Assembly: GCA_016787065.1 (NCBI GenBank)
Contig: JAEUVD010000003.1
Coordinates: forward strand, 34,582 to 98,581
Reading direction: 5' to 3'
Length of the DNA stretch: 64,000 bases
DNA from: Chitinophagaceae bacterium
GTDB taxonomy: Bacteria > Bacteroidota > Bacteroidia > Chitinophagales > Chitinophagaceae
A program made the translations under genes and the position numbers. Below are positions 29,313-37,306 of the stretch, piece after piece. The notes beneath the pieces are model-generated. The model was not told the origin of the DNA. It saw only the letters and a program-made list of their open reading frames with translations, and did not search any database. Positions within the stretch are counted from its first letter, which is position 1. Each line of letters starts with the position of its first letter.

Positions 29313-30773
29313 CTACATAACCACATTAATATACCCCAACGGAGTTACATTGATCCATGGTGCTAAGTCGCGATAAGAATAAACACATAACCAAGGATGT
29401 ATTTTTTGAAGATAAGCTGCTAAGGAAGGGCGAATAAAATCCTGACAAACAACACCATGTAATTTTGTGTTGCGAGGGATTTCCGTAAGTTGTGTTTCAA
29501 TCGAATCTAAAACACCATTAAACAACTTTCTTTCTCCATCCATATCAAGTTGAAGCCAGGTTTCTTCTACCGTTACACCCATGATAAGTGCATTGAAATT
29601 ATTATCCTTGGAAATCGATACAGCGGTTTCTTCTTGCAAACCACGACGTAACGATTCCACAATCAAATCTTTGCCTTGAAGTTTTTTGTTTTCACTATAA
29701 ATAACAGTAAGTGCGGAAGTAGAACCAAAGGCTATCGTTCCGGCATCTCCGTACATCGCATCTTGCTCATACGTAAGCAAGTGAAGTAACTTTTTTAAAT
29801 TGCGAATGGGGATTCGTTCCTCCGACAAACGCTTCAGAAAATACACGATATCCTCCATTGTATATTGTTCTAAAGCCAAGGCTAATACATCGGCATGAAG
29901 TGGTTGTTCATCTAATTGAAATGCGATAAAGGTTTTGTTTATCCAACAGGAAGCATGTAATTGAACTACGGCGGAAGTCATTAAATTAAGCATACCCATC
30001 CATGCAAAACAAGTATCCGTTTCCGGTTGTAATTCGTTGCTGTTTTTTAAAACATGTATCGTAGCAAAATGAGGATGGTTTACGTCGTGCGGATTACCAA
30101 TAACTTCACCGGAAGTAACAGCCGGCATTTCCATAAAATAATTTTCCGGAAAACTATGTAGAACAGGATAAGGTAAATCGTTAATCCAAATTCTAAAACC
30201 AGTTTCAGGTAAAGTATCATCAATATGGAAGGTAGGTTTGGGAACCAGAACACCTTTATCATAATACAATTGTGAATGCCAAGCCGCTACATATTCTTCT
30301 CTTGAAAAGGAATCTATGTTATGTGGCGAAGTATAAACTTTTGAGGTAACATCAATACGCAAACGATGCATCTCCACCGTTGGCTGCACATTTTTTTGGG
30401 AAAAACATGGTTGAATTTGTATGCGCTCTGCTTCGAGCTTATCCGGATTAAAGGAACCTACTAATACCATTTCTCGATGATAAAAAAGAGCTTCTGAAAA
30501 ACGCAGCGTCCAGTAAGTACTATTTTCTTCATAGGAGTAACACGGACGATACACCTTTGCCACACGAAATTCCTGATTGTTTATTTGAATGGCATGATAA
30601 GATGAATACTGCATCGTGCAGCTTACCGCTACTTTTTCTGTATAGAAATTTTCCGCTAATAAAGAAAGATAAGCTTTTACATCGTCAACAATCTTTTGTT
30701 TTTCTTCTTCAGAAAAGGAATGAAACAACGATTGTTCTACACAAAGAGTAATTAAAAAATTTCGTGTTGTCAT
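29313..30773 (-). CDS. Soluble FlhA/FHIPEP cytoplasmic-domain-like protein (system component C)
   Basis: The ATG at 30773 overlaps the upstream stop as ATGA. By-eye matches to FlhA_C signatures are GVLVPKPTFHIDDTLPETGFRIWIND, IVYFLKRLSEERIPIRNLKKLLHLLT and the C-terminal FIRPSLAAYLQKIHPWLCVYSYRDLAPWINVTPLGYI. No TM segments. Confidence 0.6.
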   Translation of the reverse strand: MTTRNFLITLCVEQSLFHSFSEEEKQKIVDDVKAYLSLLAENFYTEKVAVSCTMQYSSYHAIQINNQEFRVAKVYRPCYSYEENSTYWTLRFSEALFYHREMVLVGSFNPDKLEAERIQIQPCFSQKNVQPTVEMHRLRIDVTSKVYTSPHNIDSFSREEYVAAWHSQLYYDKGVLVPKPTFHIDDTLPETGFRIWINDLPYPVLHSFPENYFMEMPAVTSGEVIGNPHDVNHPHFATIHVLKNSNELQPETDTCFAWMGMLNLMTSAVVQLHASCWINKTFIAFQLDEQPLHADVLALALEQYTMEDIVYFLKRLSEERIPIRNLKKLLHLLTYEQDAMYGDAGTIAFGSTSALTVIYSENKKLQGKDLIVESLRRGLQEETAVSISKDNNFNALIMGVTVEETWLQLDMDGERKLFNGVLDSIETQLTEIPRNTKLHGVVCQDFIRPSLAAYLQKIHPWLCVYSYRDLAPWINVTPLGYINVVM

Positions 30774-33427
30774 GACCACTGAAGCATTTGAGCGTTATTC
30801 AATTCATTTTCTGGTGTTTGAAACATCATGGATGTGCCAAACAAAACATTTGGAAACTCGATGGCGCAAATGAGTTGTAGCACAAAAGCAGTTTGCTCAT
30901 GTTGAACTATAACGCGTGCATTTTTATCAAGTGTATTTCTAAAATAGGTAAGCATGGTCTGACAAGAAGTAGCGTCCATATCAGCGGCCCACTGATGAAG
31001 TAAGGTTTGTTTAAAAACAGATGTCAATTGCGATTCGTTTTCTGCACTAAGCGTATACCATGTAAAAAGTATATCGTTATACGGGTTTTGCAAGGGAAAC
31101 TCTCGTAAACTCATTATATGATACGCTATTTCCTGAATAGCTTGATTGGCTTCCACCCCCCTAAGAAACAACGTGTACATTGAAGGGAGGTTTTGCATGG
31201 AAACTTTATATTGCAATAAGAGTTGAACACATTGCATAAAGGCCGTTTTCTGATGACGATCCGCTTGTTCTGTAACCGTTTTAAAGTTCGCTTGATCATA
31301 ATGCATAAACCGATGCAATTGATTCCAAAGCGTATATTGTAAATGCTCAAAGATTACATCTACCGGTTCAAGAATAACACAAGAGGAAGGTATTTGGGTT
31401 CGATATTCTTCCTTAACCCAGTGTAAGATAAAATATGGAGCGTAAGCATAACACGTTTCAATAACAGGTACTTCGTTGAGAGCCCCACGAACTAAAATAC
31501 AATCTGCATGAAATTTAATGCCATGATTGGTGTACACTTCTTGTAACGTGGAGTAGAAGTCATAGTGCTCGGAATGAAAGGTGTATTCTCTGAAAATTAT
31601 AGCCGGTAACGCCACACCAAATCGTTGATGAAAAGCTTCTTTAAACTGATTCAGTTTTTGCCAGAAGGCCGGCGTAAAATCATTGCGTTCGGGCGTTAGA
31701 AATAAATCACACAAACGTGAATCACATTCAACTGCAATTTCTGTAATGGTATGATTGTAAGGCGTTCCTCCATCGAAAACAGTGCGCAACACTTTTATGC
31801 GTTCCACCTGTTTGCGAAAGGTAGTATTGTTTGGAAAATCAAGTAAAGCATCTTCATAAACTGCTATCAGAAAATCCTCATCCTGTTTTTTATCGGCAAT
31901 AGATTTGGTAAAGAAAGTATAGAAGTCTTGTTTACGTTGTTCGGGTATTACCGCACAAAGCTGATGATAAAAATGTTTACTCGCCTCAAAGTTGATATTA
32001 CTTGTTGCATCATGTTGGGCTAAACGTTCAGAATAAAATTCGGCGTATTCAAATAATGCTTGTGAATCGGGAAAGGCTTTTATTCCTTCTAACAAATTTT
32101 CAGAAGCCTGTTGCCACTGTTGCAAACTTTCGTAGCAAGTGGTAATCTCCATGATGCACAATTCCTGAAACACTTCCGAAAATGGATAGGCTTGCTTCAA
32201 AACGGCAATAGCCGCTTCATAACACGATGCTTGCTTATATAAAATATACAAAGCCCAATACGGATCGAAACAAGTTGGTGCCGCTAGCATTGCTTCTTTA
32301 TATACCTTCTCCGTTTCGAGATAAGCCGCATCCGCAGTTAAGTTTGATAGATCAGCCGGTAAAGGATGCCGGATAATACTACCTGCTTGAAGGAGTACAT
32401 CAACACGCAACTTGTTTTCTTGTGCTGCCTTCGCATGCCATTGTTTCGCAGCTTCTATATCATTCACGGTTATGCAGGCATTGGCAGCATCTAAATAATA
32501 GTGAATGGCATAGTTGATTTCAATAAGAAGCTCCGTATCCACATAAGCGGAAATCTGGTCTTTTCGCACTTCATAGAGTTTGCTTTCTGCACCATACAAA
32601 CTGATTAAGTTCTGGTATGTTTCCAGATAACCGGGTTCACTTGCTTTGGCTTTGAAATACCATTCTTCTGCTGTGAAAAAATCTTCCTGTTTACGAGCAC
32701 AATTGCCCAAGCCGTTATAACCAATAACCAACATTTTTTGATCAAGCACCATCTGTTGATAGCGGCTCTTTGCATCCTCTATTAAATTTTGTTCCAGATA
32801 CCAAGTAGCATGTACACTTTGCACATAGGGTTCCGTTTCATGAAGTAGAATAGCTTCATCGAGGAATGTTTTACTTCGTTTATAATCACCTACATAAAAT
32901 ATATAGATTGCGGCTAAAACACTGAGAAAATGTGCTTTTCTAGGCGCGGTAATGTGAGGCGATGTTATCCAATGTTGTATCACCGGAATCATTTCTACCC
33001 AACGTCGCTCTTCAATAATGGTAACCCTATTCGTCCAAAACAATTCTTCTTCCGCGCTAATCTGTTGATTAGATTGAAGCACCTGTAGTACATCTTTAAA
33101 ATGTACAGTTCGCCACACATAGAGGTATTCAAAAAATACTTCTTCAAGCGTGTTCGTTGCTTCCGCTATTAATTGCGCATAACCTTTTGCAACGTGTAAA
33201 GCAAATTGCGTTCGTGTTTGTATTAAGGTATCTAACGCACGTGTAGGCTTACTTTGTATCACCGCATTATCCCAGTGTGTCCAATGCGACAATACATTCG
33301 ATTCATTTTGAACAGTTCGTTTTAAAGATTCAATGATGGAAGCAAATTCAACCATATCGGTGCCTGCAAGCGATGCATTGTAATACATCGCGGCCAATAA
33401 TTCTTGATATGAAATTGAAGGTGCCAT
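30770..33427 (-). CDS. TPR-repeat protein with a C-terminal FlhA/FHIPEP cytoplasmic-domain-like module (system component B)
   Basis: The N-terminal ~550 aa are helical, TPR-like repeats. The last 325 aa (30773..31747) read ITEIAVECDSRLCDLF...FKEAFHQRFGVALPAIIFREYTFHSEHYDFYS..., PVDVIFEHLQYTLW, FMQCVQLLLQYKVSMQNLPSMYTLFL and ARVIVQHEQTAFVLQLICAIEFPNVLF. No TM segments. Confidence 0.6.
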   Translation of the reverse strand: MAPSISYQELLAAMYYNASLAGTDMVEFASIIESLKRTVQNESNVLSHWTHWDNAVIQSKPTRALDTLIQTRTQFALHVAKGYAQLIAEATNTLEEVFFEYLYVWRTVHFKDVLQVLQSNQQISAEEELFWTNRVTIIEERRWVEMIPVIQHWITSPHITAPRKAHFLSVLAAIYIFYVGDYKRSKTFLDEAILLHETEPYVQSVHATWYLEQNLIEDAKSRYQQMVLDQKMLVIGYNGLGNCARKQEDFFTAEEWYFKAKASEPGYLETYQNLISLYGAESKLYEVRKDQISAYVDTELLIEINYAIHYYLDAANACITVNDIEAAKQWHAKAAQENKLRVDVLLQAGSIIRHPLPADLSNLTADAAYLETEKVYKEAMLAAPTCFDPYWALYILYKQASCYEAAIAVLKQAYPFSEVFQELCIMEITTCYESLQQWQQASENLLEGIKAFPDSQALFEYAEFYSERLAQHDATSNINFEASKHFYHQLCAVIPEQRKQDFYTFFTKSIADKKQDEDFLIAVYEDALLDFPNNTTFRKQVERIKVLRTVFDGGTPYNHTITEIAVECDSRLCDLFLTPERNDFTPAFWQKLNQFKEAFHQRFGVALPAIIFREYTFHSEHYDFYSTLQEVYTNHGIKFHADCILVRGALNEVPVIETCYAYAPYFILHWVKEEYRTQIPSSCVILEPVDVIFEHLQYTLWNQLHRFMHYDQANFKTVTEQADRHQKTAFMQCVQLLLQYKVSMQNLPSMYTLFLRGVEANQAIQEIAYHIMSLREFPLQNPYNDILFTWYTLSAENESQLTSVFKQTLLHQWAADMDATSCQTMLTYFRNTLDKNARVIVQHEQTAFVLQLICAIEFPNVLFGTSMMFQTPENELNNAQMLQWS

Positions 33428-33433
33428 GAAGGT

Positions 33434-35578
33434 TTATCGTGTGTTTTTAAATAACAAAGTTTCACTTCCTGTACGCTTGCTTCCATCAAACATGCCTTCT
33501 TGTTGTAATTCTTCTCTTCGGAAAACAGGGGTGGTGCAAGCACTACAAAAGTTATCTTCAGGAGATGGTATCAGGTAACCACAATGATGACAACGTTTCA
33601 AGATATTTCCGCAACGTCGACAACTTTTCATATCCGGCTCGAGGAGCAAGTAATTCACCTTCGTTGCCTCTTCAACTTTAACAAATTCAATTTCATTGTT
33701 ACAAACTTCTCCCTTCCTACTTGCAAAGTCGTTTTTGTTTTTGCATTTCACAGCGAACACCATTTGTTCTTTGATAGCCGGTGCTTCCTTTTCAAAAACA
33801 AACCGAAAGGATTTTCCTAAATAAGAAGAAACTTTTACACGGGGTTGTTTGCTTTTAAAAAAAGATATTTCGCCAAGCGAACGTTTAACAGCGGTATCCA
33901 TATCCGTTTCATCTTGAATGAGGGCTTTATAGAAATACCGTGAAAAATTGATTGCGTTTGTATTTCCCGCAGGTGCTTGTAATGCTAATACACCGGGTAC
34001 TTCTTTCAATAACTGAAAGGCAAAACCACTGAGAGCAAGGTAGGTTTCCTCCGGACTATCTACCGCAGCATGTAAAAAAATCAAAGCGGGTTTCTGTAAA
34101 AAACAATCGATAAATGATTGTCCGTTTTTCCAATTTAAATTATTGCTTTGGATACTGAAGGTATCGCCTAAGGCAAGTTCAAAAGTGGGCGTAGCTTCTT
34201 TATTGCTTCGCGCCATACCAAAAACATGAACCACTTGAAACGGTGTATTTTGTTTTACGATGAAATCAGCAAGCTGATTGAGCGATGAAAAATATTCGAG
34301 TTGACCGGAAACTTTTTTACCGGAGTAACCTTGTATATCCTGAATAGCTTCTAATAAAATTTGTTCATCTGCTTTGAGTTCGTCGTTTTTACGCAAATGA
34401 TCGGAAACAGCAATAAGAACACGCAATTCTTGTGTATTAATAAGCTGATCATTTCCTTTAACCGAGAGCCTGCGGGTAAGTATCAATTCATTACTTTCAC
34501 CTACGAAGAGTCCTTTATTATCGGCAAAAGGACAATACAAATATTCCCACGGCAAGCAAGCCAGCAACGAAGATTCTTCGTCGAAGCGTAAAATAATTTT
34601 TAAACGAATTTTATTTTTTACCGCTTGTTGTACATAAGTTGTAAAGGCAACTTGTGCTTCGCTTGAGCAAAGCAAACGCTGAAAAAGAGAGGTACCTAAA
34701 ATTTCAAATTCATCTTCACGCAAATTGTCTTCCACCAATAACCGTTGAAGTATACCTGTAACTTGTTCTGAAAAACGTTCGCCTGAAACGGTGTATTTAA
34801 CGCGAAAATCTACATCGTTTGGTGAACGGAAATAAACATACTTCCCTTGCTTAACCGAAATCACCACCGCGTCACTATCTACCCGAGAAATTTCAAAGAG
34901 TTCATTTTCATTAAATGCTTGTTGTAGAAGAACCTCCTTATTGGCAACTGCATGTTGCTGCAAACCTAGCTTGAGTTCTTCTTCTTGAATACGTTTTAGG
35001 ATGGTTGATTTAATGACTGCAAAGTTATTAGCACTCAGTAATTCTTTGGTGAGTGTATTGATGTCGGAAAATAACTCCAACATATCATCTAACTCATTCT
35101 TAATTTCTCGATAACGTTTAAGCCATTCGATTCGTTTTGGACCAATGCTATCTGGATTATTTTTTACAGAAGCTTCAGCCTCGTCTATTCGTTTATTCCA
35201 GTGGTCGATGTAAACTTGTTTTCCTTCCGGTGTTTTTAAACTTAGATTATCTTCTACCCGAAGTGGTATAATTCGTTTGGTAAAATCTTCTTCTTGACCT
35301 TTTGAGTTTCTAAAAATTTCCAATAGTTCATACATACAATACTCCGATTTCAAATATTTATCGGAAATACCTACAATAACTAAGTGACCTTCCCCGATGC
35401 GGTTCATGAATTTGGTAATCTGTCCGGTATATCCCAAATCATATTTGTCGCGAACAACATGATAACCGTCATTAAGCAAGGAATTATAAATTTCATGAAT
35501 CATCTTTTCCCGACTTTCGCCGGTTTCCTTTTCATCGCCATGGGCATAAGAAAAAAATATTTCAACAGATGAAGGCAT
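33434..35578 (-). CDS. TIR domain + coiled coil + CHAT-like domain + double zinc-ribbon protein (system component A)
   Basis: The ATG at 35578 (MPSSVEIFFSYAHGD...) is preferred over the TTG at 35599, which would overlap the -7 box. TIR: FFSYAHGD...LVIVGISDKYLKSEYCMYELLEI. CHAT-like: LRVLIAVSD...VVHVFGMA...ALIFLHAAVDS...GVLALQAP...YFYKALIQDETDMDTAVKRS. Zinc ribbons: CRRCGNILKRCHHCGYLIPSPEDNFCSAC. Confidence 0.75.
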   Translation of the reverse strand: MPSSVEIFFSYAHGDEKETGESREKMIHEIYNSLLNDGYHVVRDKYDLGYTGQITKFMNRIGEGHLVIVGISDKYLKSEYCMYELLEIFRNSKGQEEDFTKRIIPLRVEDNLSLKTPEGKQVYIDHWNKRIDEAEASVKNNPDSIGPKRIEWLKRYREIKNELDDMLELFSDINTLTKELLSANNFAVIKSTILKRIQEEELKLGLQQHAVANKEVLLQQAFNENELFEISRVDSDAVVISVKQGKYVYFRSPNDVDFRVKYTVSGERFSEQVTGILQRLLVEDNLREDEFEILGTSLFQRLLCSSEAQVAFTTYVQQAVKNKIRLKIILRFDEESSLLACLPWEYLYCPFADNKGLFVGESNELILTRRLSVKGNDQLINTQELRVLIAVSDHLRKNDELKADEQILLEAIQDIQGYSGKKVSGQLEYFSSLNQLADFIVKQNTPFQVVHVFGMARSNKEATPTFELALGDTFSIQSNNLNWKNGQSFIDCFLQKPALIFLHAAVDSPEETYLALSGFAFQLLKEVPGVLALQAPAGNTNAINFSRYFYKALIQDETDMDTAVKRSLGEISFFKSKQPRVKVSSYLGKSFRFVFEKEAPAIKEQMVFAVKCKNKNDFASRKGEVCNNEIEFVKVEEATKVNYLLLEPDMKSCRRCGNILKRCHHCGYLIPSPEDNFCSACTTPVFRREELQQEGMFDGSKRTGSETLLFKNTR
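33524..33622 (-). other. Double zinc-ribbon-coding segment (CxxC-x6-CxxC-x12-CxxC)
   Basis: tgtcgacgttgcgg (CRRCG) was read at 33609-33622 on the minus strand. There are six Cys in three CxxC pairs. Confidence 0.7.
35150..35578 (-). other. TIR domain-coding segment
   Basis: FFSYAHGD is a betaA-type motif. The SxxYLxSxxCxxEL motif is present with its Glu conserved (SEYCMYELLE). Confidence 0.75.
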
Positions 35579-35596
35579 GCAACGAATTGATAAGGC

Positions 35597-35604
35597 CAAA
35601 TATA
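35597..35604 (-). promoter_or_regulatory. TAnnTTTG box (TATATTTG) upstream of the TIR operon
   Basis: Plus strand reads caaatata, 19-26 nt upstream of the ATG at 35578. Confidence 0.4.
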
Positions 35605-35682
35605 GTTTTTTAACACGAACTGTTTTTAATAAATTCGAAGAGGGAGGTTAAGCTCAACATGAACTATAGAAAAACAAACCGT

Positions 35683-35690
35683 TATATTTG
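35683..35690 (+). promoter_or_regulatory. TAnnTTTG box (TATATTTG) upstream of the kpsF-like gene
   Basis: It lies only ~7 nt before the ATG at 35697, which implies a leaderless or very short leader transcript. It is divergent from the TIR operon promoter. Confidence 0.3.
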
Positions 35691-35696
35691 CCTCGT

Positions 35697-36662
35697 ATGA
35701 ATTCGGAGCAAATTAAATCGTTGGCCTTACAAACTATTTCTCTGGAAGCCGAAGCCGTTCGGCACTTGGCTCAGTATGTGAATGAAAATTTTCTTCAAGC
35801 CGTTCAATGGATTCATGAAAGTAAGGGCAGACTCATTATTTGCGGCATTGGTAAAAGCGCCATCATAGCACAGAAGATTGTGGCTACCATGAATAGCACC
35901 GGAACGCCTGCGCTATTCTTACATGCTGCTGATGCCATTCATGGTGATTTAGGGATGATGCAAGCCGACGATATCGCATTACTAATTTCTAAAAGTGGTG
36001 AGAGCGCAGAAATTAAAGTGTTGATTCCACTTATTAAAAATTTCGGCAATCGCATCCTCGCTCTTTGCGGTAACGCACAATCGAGTTTAGCCTTGCAAGC
36101 GGATGTCTTCATAAATACTACGGTAAGCCAGGAAGCTTGTCCGAATAACCTCGCACCAACCAGCAGCACTACTGCGCAATTGGTTATGGGCGATGCCTTA
36201 GCGGTTTGCTTGCTTGAATTAAAGGGATTTACTCCGTCGGATTTTGCAAAGTTTCATCCGGGAGGTGCTTTAGGAAAACAACTCTATACCCGCGTGTCGG
36301 ATTTAAGTAAGTTAAATGCCAAGCCAAGCGTTTTAGCTAATGCAGGTATGAAGGAAACCATAGTAGCCATTAGTACCCATCGTTTGGGAGCTGTTGCGGT
36401 GTTGAATGAATCCAATAAGCTGTTAGGTATTATAACCGACGGCGACATCCGACGGATGCTTGAAGTGCATAGCGACCTCAGTACGTTGTGTGCATCCGAC
36501 ATTATGAACGATCAACCAAAAACAATTGATGCCCAAGCATTGGCCGTAGATGCCTTAAGTATGATGCGTAAATTTAATATTGGTCAACTAGTAGTTTTAG
36601 AAGAGAATCTTTACGCAGGCATGCTGCATATCCAAGATTTGGTTAGAGAGGGAATTATTTAA
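35697..36662 (+). CDS. kpsF: Arabinose-5-phosphate isomerase (SIS + tandem CBS domains), KpsF/GutQ family
   Basis: GRLIICGIGKSAIIAQKIVATMNSTGTPALFLHAADAIHGDLG is an SIS domain. The C-terminal CBS pair includes LLGIITDGDIRR. Confidence 0.88.
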   Translation: MNSEQIKSLALQTISLEAEAVRHLAQYVNENFLQAVQWIHESKGRLIICGIGKSAIIAQKIVATMNSTGTPALFLHAADAIHGDLGMMQADDIALLISKSGESAEIKVLIPLIKNFGNRILALCGNAQSSLALQADVFINTTVSQEACPNNLAPTSSTTAQLVMGDALAVCLLELKGFTPSDFAKFHPGGALGKQLYTRVSDLSKLNAKPSVLANAGMKETIVAISTHRLGAVAVLNESNKLLGIITDGDIRRMLEVHSDLSTLCASDIMNDQPKTIDAQALAVDALSMMRKFNIGQLVVLEENLYAGMLHIQDLVREGII

Positions 36663-36669
36663 TGTCTTA

Positions 36670-37188
36670 TTATTGGAAGTGTTTCACCATAATATCATAC
36701 GTGAAGTATTTTTCACCTATTCCATAACCATATGTACTTTCTTTATGGTAACCGTAACGCGTATAAAATTTGCGTGCTTTATGATTCTCTTCCCAAACAG
36801 CTAACCACAAGATAGATTTATTATTTTTTTCTGCTTCACGAAAAACAGTCTCTTGTAATTTTTCACCAATGCCATTCCCAATAAATTCTTTCAAAACATA
36901 TATTTTTTGTAATTGTGCGGGTGAATGATAAGGCAAACTTTCATACGGACTATGAAGTTTTAATTTTGCATAAGCTACCGGAAGTTCATCCACTATAGCC
37001 AGGAAAAAGCGATTATTTGATTTTGCTACGGATTCGCGTAACTTGGCTACTGTAAACGTTTTATCTAAATAATCTTTTAGTTCCTCAGGAGTAAATAAAT
37101 AACCGAAAGCCTCGGTAAAAGTAATGCGTGCAAGTAATGTAAGTATGATTACATCATGTTGTTCAACTTGTTTAATTTGAATAGACAC
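36670..37188 (-). CDS. GNAT family N-acetyltransferase
   Basis: LQKIYVLKEFIGNGIGEKL is an acetyl-CoA binding motif A (Q/RxxGxG/A type). 172 aa. GTG start. Confidence 0.8.
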   Translation of the reverse strand: MSIQIKQVEQHDVIILTLLARITFTEAFGYLFTPEELKDYLDKTFTVAKLRESVAKSNNRFFLAIVDELPVAYAKLKLHSPYESLPYHSPAQLQKIYVLKEFIGNGIGEKLQETVFREAEKNNKSILWLAVWEENHKARKFYTRYGYHKESTYGYGIGEKYFTYDIMVKHFQ

Positions 37189-37306
37189 CTTTAATTCTTT
37201 ACTAGCAAAACTAAATCAGCATGCATTCATTTAGATGTCATACTTTAAACTTATCCGGCCAAACCAGCTAGAAATGTAATCAACGACTATTACATTCGTA
37301 AAATCT

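Noticed and set aside
29313-33427. A remnant flagellar or injectisome locus, because of the FlhA-like sequences
   Set aside because: There is no FHIPEP transmembrane domain and no FliP/Q/R, FlhB, ATPase or rod/hook genes. The FlhA_C-like parts are fused to TPR repeats or stand alone, and they are operonic with a TIR protein.
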